In this document: positions 61,721-64,000 of the stretch, piece by piece | How positions within the stretch are numbered: the stretch's first letter is position 1 | Layout: each line of letters starts with the position of its first letter | Assembly: GCA_964291215.2 (NCBI GenBank) | Contig: OZ219791.1 | Coordinates: 2,688,001-2,752,000, forward strand | Direction: 5' to 3' | Source: Alphaproteobacteria bacterium | Lineage (GTDB): Bacteria; Pseudomonadota; Alphaproteobacteria; MPNO01; UBA830 | DNA length: 64,000 nt | Made by a program: the position numbers and the translations under genes | The notes under the pieces: generated by a model | The model's input: the letters and a program-made list of their open reading frames with translations, nothing else | The model's database searches: none | Told to the model about the DNA's origin: nothing

Positions 61721-63452
61721 CTGAAGTTGGCACTTTTTGCGGCCTGGAATTTTTATCACGTTGCGCGATTTTTTTGTCGACCGATTTCAACATGGCACCT
61801 GTTGAATTCTGTCAGCTTGTGAGGCGGCTCCTCGTGCGGCGGGTTCGACACCAGCCGCCGAGGAGATTTCGGCGACCTCGGCGGTGCGTGTCCTGTCGGT
61901 TGACGATCAATGCGCGCAGGCGCTGGTGACCCTGGTTCCGCATGCTCTCGCGGATTGATGTCTGGCACTTGTCGATGCTCCGTGCGGGGATCAGATGCAC
62001 CGCGGCGAGCACGGCGATCAACAGGTGGGCGGCGATGCGCTGGCCGGGCGCAATCCGGGCTCGGATTTCAATGAACGGAAGGTGGCCTCGATATCCGTGA
62101 TCCATGTCCTGAGGACGGTCTCGATATCCCGGTCGCTGGTGCGCAGGCGCCCGCGTTGTCTTGTCGTCTGTGGCTGAAGGCCGTTGCGTTGGCCTTCTCG
62201 ACGGTGATCTCGTAGTGCCGGGCGACGGTGGAGAAGCGCTGCCTGAGACCGCTCTCCGGCACCTTGTCGTGGCGCCGGCCCTTGGAGGTGAAGCTTGGCT
62301 GCCTCGAAGCCCTGCGGCCAGGAATGGCGTCCTCGGCCCTCTTCCTGCTCTCGCTGACCACGCCGCGCCATCCTCGCTGGCAAGGCGCCTGCACCTCGTG
62401 GTTGGTGATCAGCCTCGGGCCCACCCTCGGGCGCCGCCGCCCGCGATCCAGCCGTGCTCGCCACGCGATGTTCGCCTCGGTGCCGGCGTCCATGACTACC
62501 GTCGGCTTCGCCGCCCGCCTCCAGCCTCGCCAGCGCATCCGTGCCCGGCCACGTTGCCCGGCAAGACCTCGCAACTGCGCCGAAAGCCCGCGCCGTCGAG
62601 TACCAGCGTGGGGCAGTCATTGCGCTTCTGCTTCGAGCGCCCGAAGCGGGGGAGCTTGCCGTCGGTGCGGCCGTGAACATTGGTGAGGTCGTAAAGGCGA
62701 TGGTGTCGGGGATGCAGCGCGCGCTCGCGGTTGAACAGCTCCTGGCGGCCCGGTGGCGCAGGTCGCCGATGCGGTACAGCGCCTTGCGCTCCAGATCCGG
62801 AAGCTCCGCGGTCGCGCTGTCATCGCGCAACCAGCGCTCGCTGGCGGATCATCCTGGCGACGATCAGCGCACTCGTGATGCCGAGGTCGTGAAGCCGAGA
62901 TCGCGCCTCGAGGTACAGGCAGCCGACCGGGCGCGGGTTCTCGAGGCTGTCGAGGTTGACGGTCGCAATTTGCGTGCGTCTTCCTCCGGAGCGTCGGCGC
63001 GGAACCTCCGGGCCCCTGTTGACGATGTCCTGCGGCCTGCACGCGGCTTCGAACAGCGGTGGGCGGCCGTGGAGCAGCGCTTCGGCGGCAACCTCCTTCC
63101 GGTTCTTGCGCGCCACCGGATGGTCGGTGCCGAGGCAGGGTGCGCTGCCTGACCTTGTCGCCGATGCGTTGAGAAAGCACGAGCCGGTGGACGGGTTTGC
63201 CGTCTGCGGTGCTGCGGGTTTTGGTTGCCCTGATGAACATGTTGGCTGGAGGCTTTTGTGTTGACGAGGCTCCGGATATACCGGGTTTGGCTGCGGGGCG
63301 AATCGGCAATATTCTGGCACCACACCGGCCATCCTGGGCAGGAAATCACATATAGAGTTGGTATATGCACATGACGCATCAATATATAGTATATGGAGCG
63401 GGGCTGCCGCATAAACTTCGCCTTCGACTGACGCAAAAAGTGCCAACTTGGG
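61721..63452 (-). mobile_element. IS1634-family element, degenerate
   Basis: TIR core AAGTTGGCACTTTTTGCG at 61724-61741 and inverted at 63432-63449; MFIRATKT...RIGDKVRQRTL (start 63240), TVVMDAG, DIEATFRSLKSE.GLRP; no TSD. Confidence 0.8.
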
Positions 63453-63786
63453 TTAAAGTAAGGTTTTGCTGTCGGATCGTGGCGGTAGATTACCATTTCG
63501 AGTTGAAACCGGTGAAACTTGGTCAGGCGCGAGCGGGTAGGCCCGAGCGTGGTTGAGCCGCGCATCGAGGACCGGTTCCCGGAGATTCCGCCGTCGCCCG
63601 GTTCTTCAGAGCCGAGGCTTACGAGGCCGCCGGGGCGTAGTTGCTCCACATTCACCTAGCACGGGATTCTATCCATGAGATGGCAGAGCCGATCATTGAG
63701 AATATTGCAACCGATGACTTTGGCCGATAGACCTTCGCTAAATTGCGAGCTGCTCTGGGTAGCATCCGCACATCCGGTGCTGCTTC

Positions 63787-64000
63787 TTGGACAGCGAGAA
63801 TTCGAGAGAAACAGTGACGGCGGAGCAGCTTTTTTCCAGATCCGTTTCGGTCGATCTTGAAGTCGATCCGACCACCGGCCGGATTTATAGATTTGCGGCC
63901 GTCCGTCCGGTAATGAGCGACGCCTGCTGCTATCGTGCCGGCGACCTCGCGAAGGCGCTGCTCGCGCTGGATGCGTATTCCTCTGGCGCCGACTTCGTAC
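63787..64000 (+). CDS. Probable RecQ-family helicase with N-terminal exonuclease-like domain (runs off the window)
   Basis: Open frame SVDLEVDPTTGRIYRFAAVR...GDLAKALLALDAYSSGADFV resembles the N-termini of large RecQ-like helicases; only about 70 codons visible. Confidence 0.45.
   Translation, partial: MDSENSRETVTAEQLFSRSVSVDLEVDPTTGRIYRFAAVRPVMSDACCYRAGDLAKALLALDAYSSGADFV

Noticed and set aside
61382-61793. Low-GC minus-strand ORFs of 100 and 126 aa
   Set aside because: One crosses the IS1634 terminal repeat; neither has recognisable motifs.
1-64000. tRNA/rRNA genes or an ICE integrase with att sites
   Set aside because: None recognised by eye; tRNAscan/Infernal would be needed to exclude small RNAs.

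Overview
GC-rich bacterial DNA, probably alphaproteobacterial (Rhodospirillales-like; a host-associated lifestyle is possible but only inferred). Intact metabolic blocks alternate with accessory DNA full of decayed insertion sequences. Intact blocks: (1) 1-7450, 2-hydroxyacid dehydrogenase, enoyl-CoA hydratase, ELM1-like protein, MetE-like enzyme, split aconitase X and two SDRs; (2) 24430-29456, SDR, APH-like kinase and a TRAP transporter; (3) 32456-36843, TauD-like, SDR, MetE-like, hisI, folE; (4) 40627-46221, a PspA / membrane polyamine aminopropyltransferase / DUF350 / YjfI / YjfK cluster with an internal promoter overlapped by twin palindromes; (5) 56708-61120, a PadB-like molybdoenzyme plus a fused PadC-PadD-like subunit. 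Accessory DNA: a defence/ICE remnant at about 7450-24330, with a secreted thermonuclease, a Type ISP-like RM gene cleanly split by an IS66 (8-bp TSD), FitAB toxin-antitoxin genes and DUF2493/ssb remnants. There are also IS4, IS66, ISAs1, IS21, IS1380 and IS1634 relics, several with a DUF4338 module, and a nested IS stack at 46303-50006. The most unusual structure is at 50363-55012: a roughly 1.6-kb tandem unit (2 full copies plus a third partial one). Each full unit has the 5' end of an FseA-like (DUF6499/DUF2285) activator, a hairpin and an Rpn gene. Both Rpn copies carry the same toxin-breaking frameshift but keep an intact internal RpnS-type ORF. No rRNA, tRNA or CRISPR array was seen. All family calls come from motif recognition by eye, without database searches.
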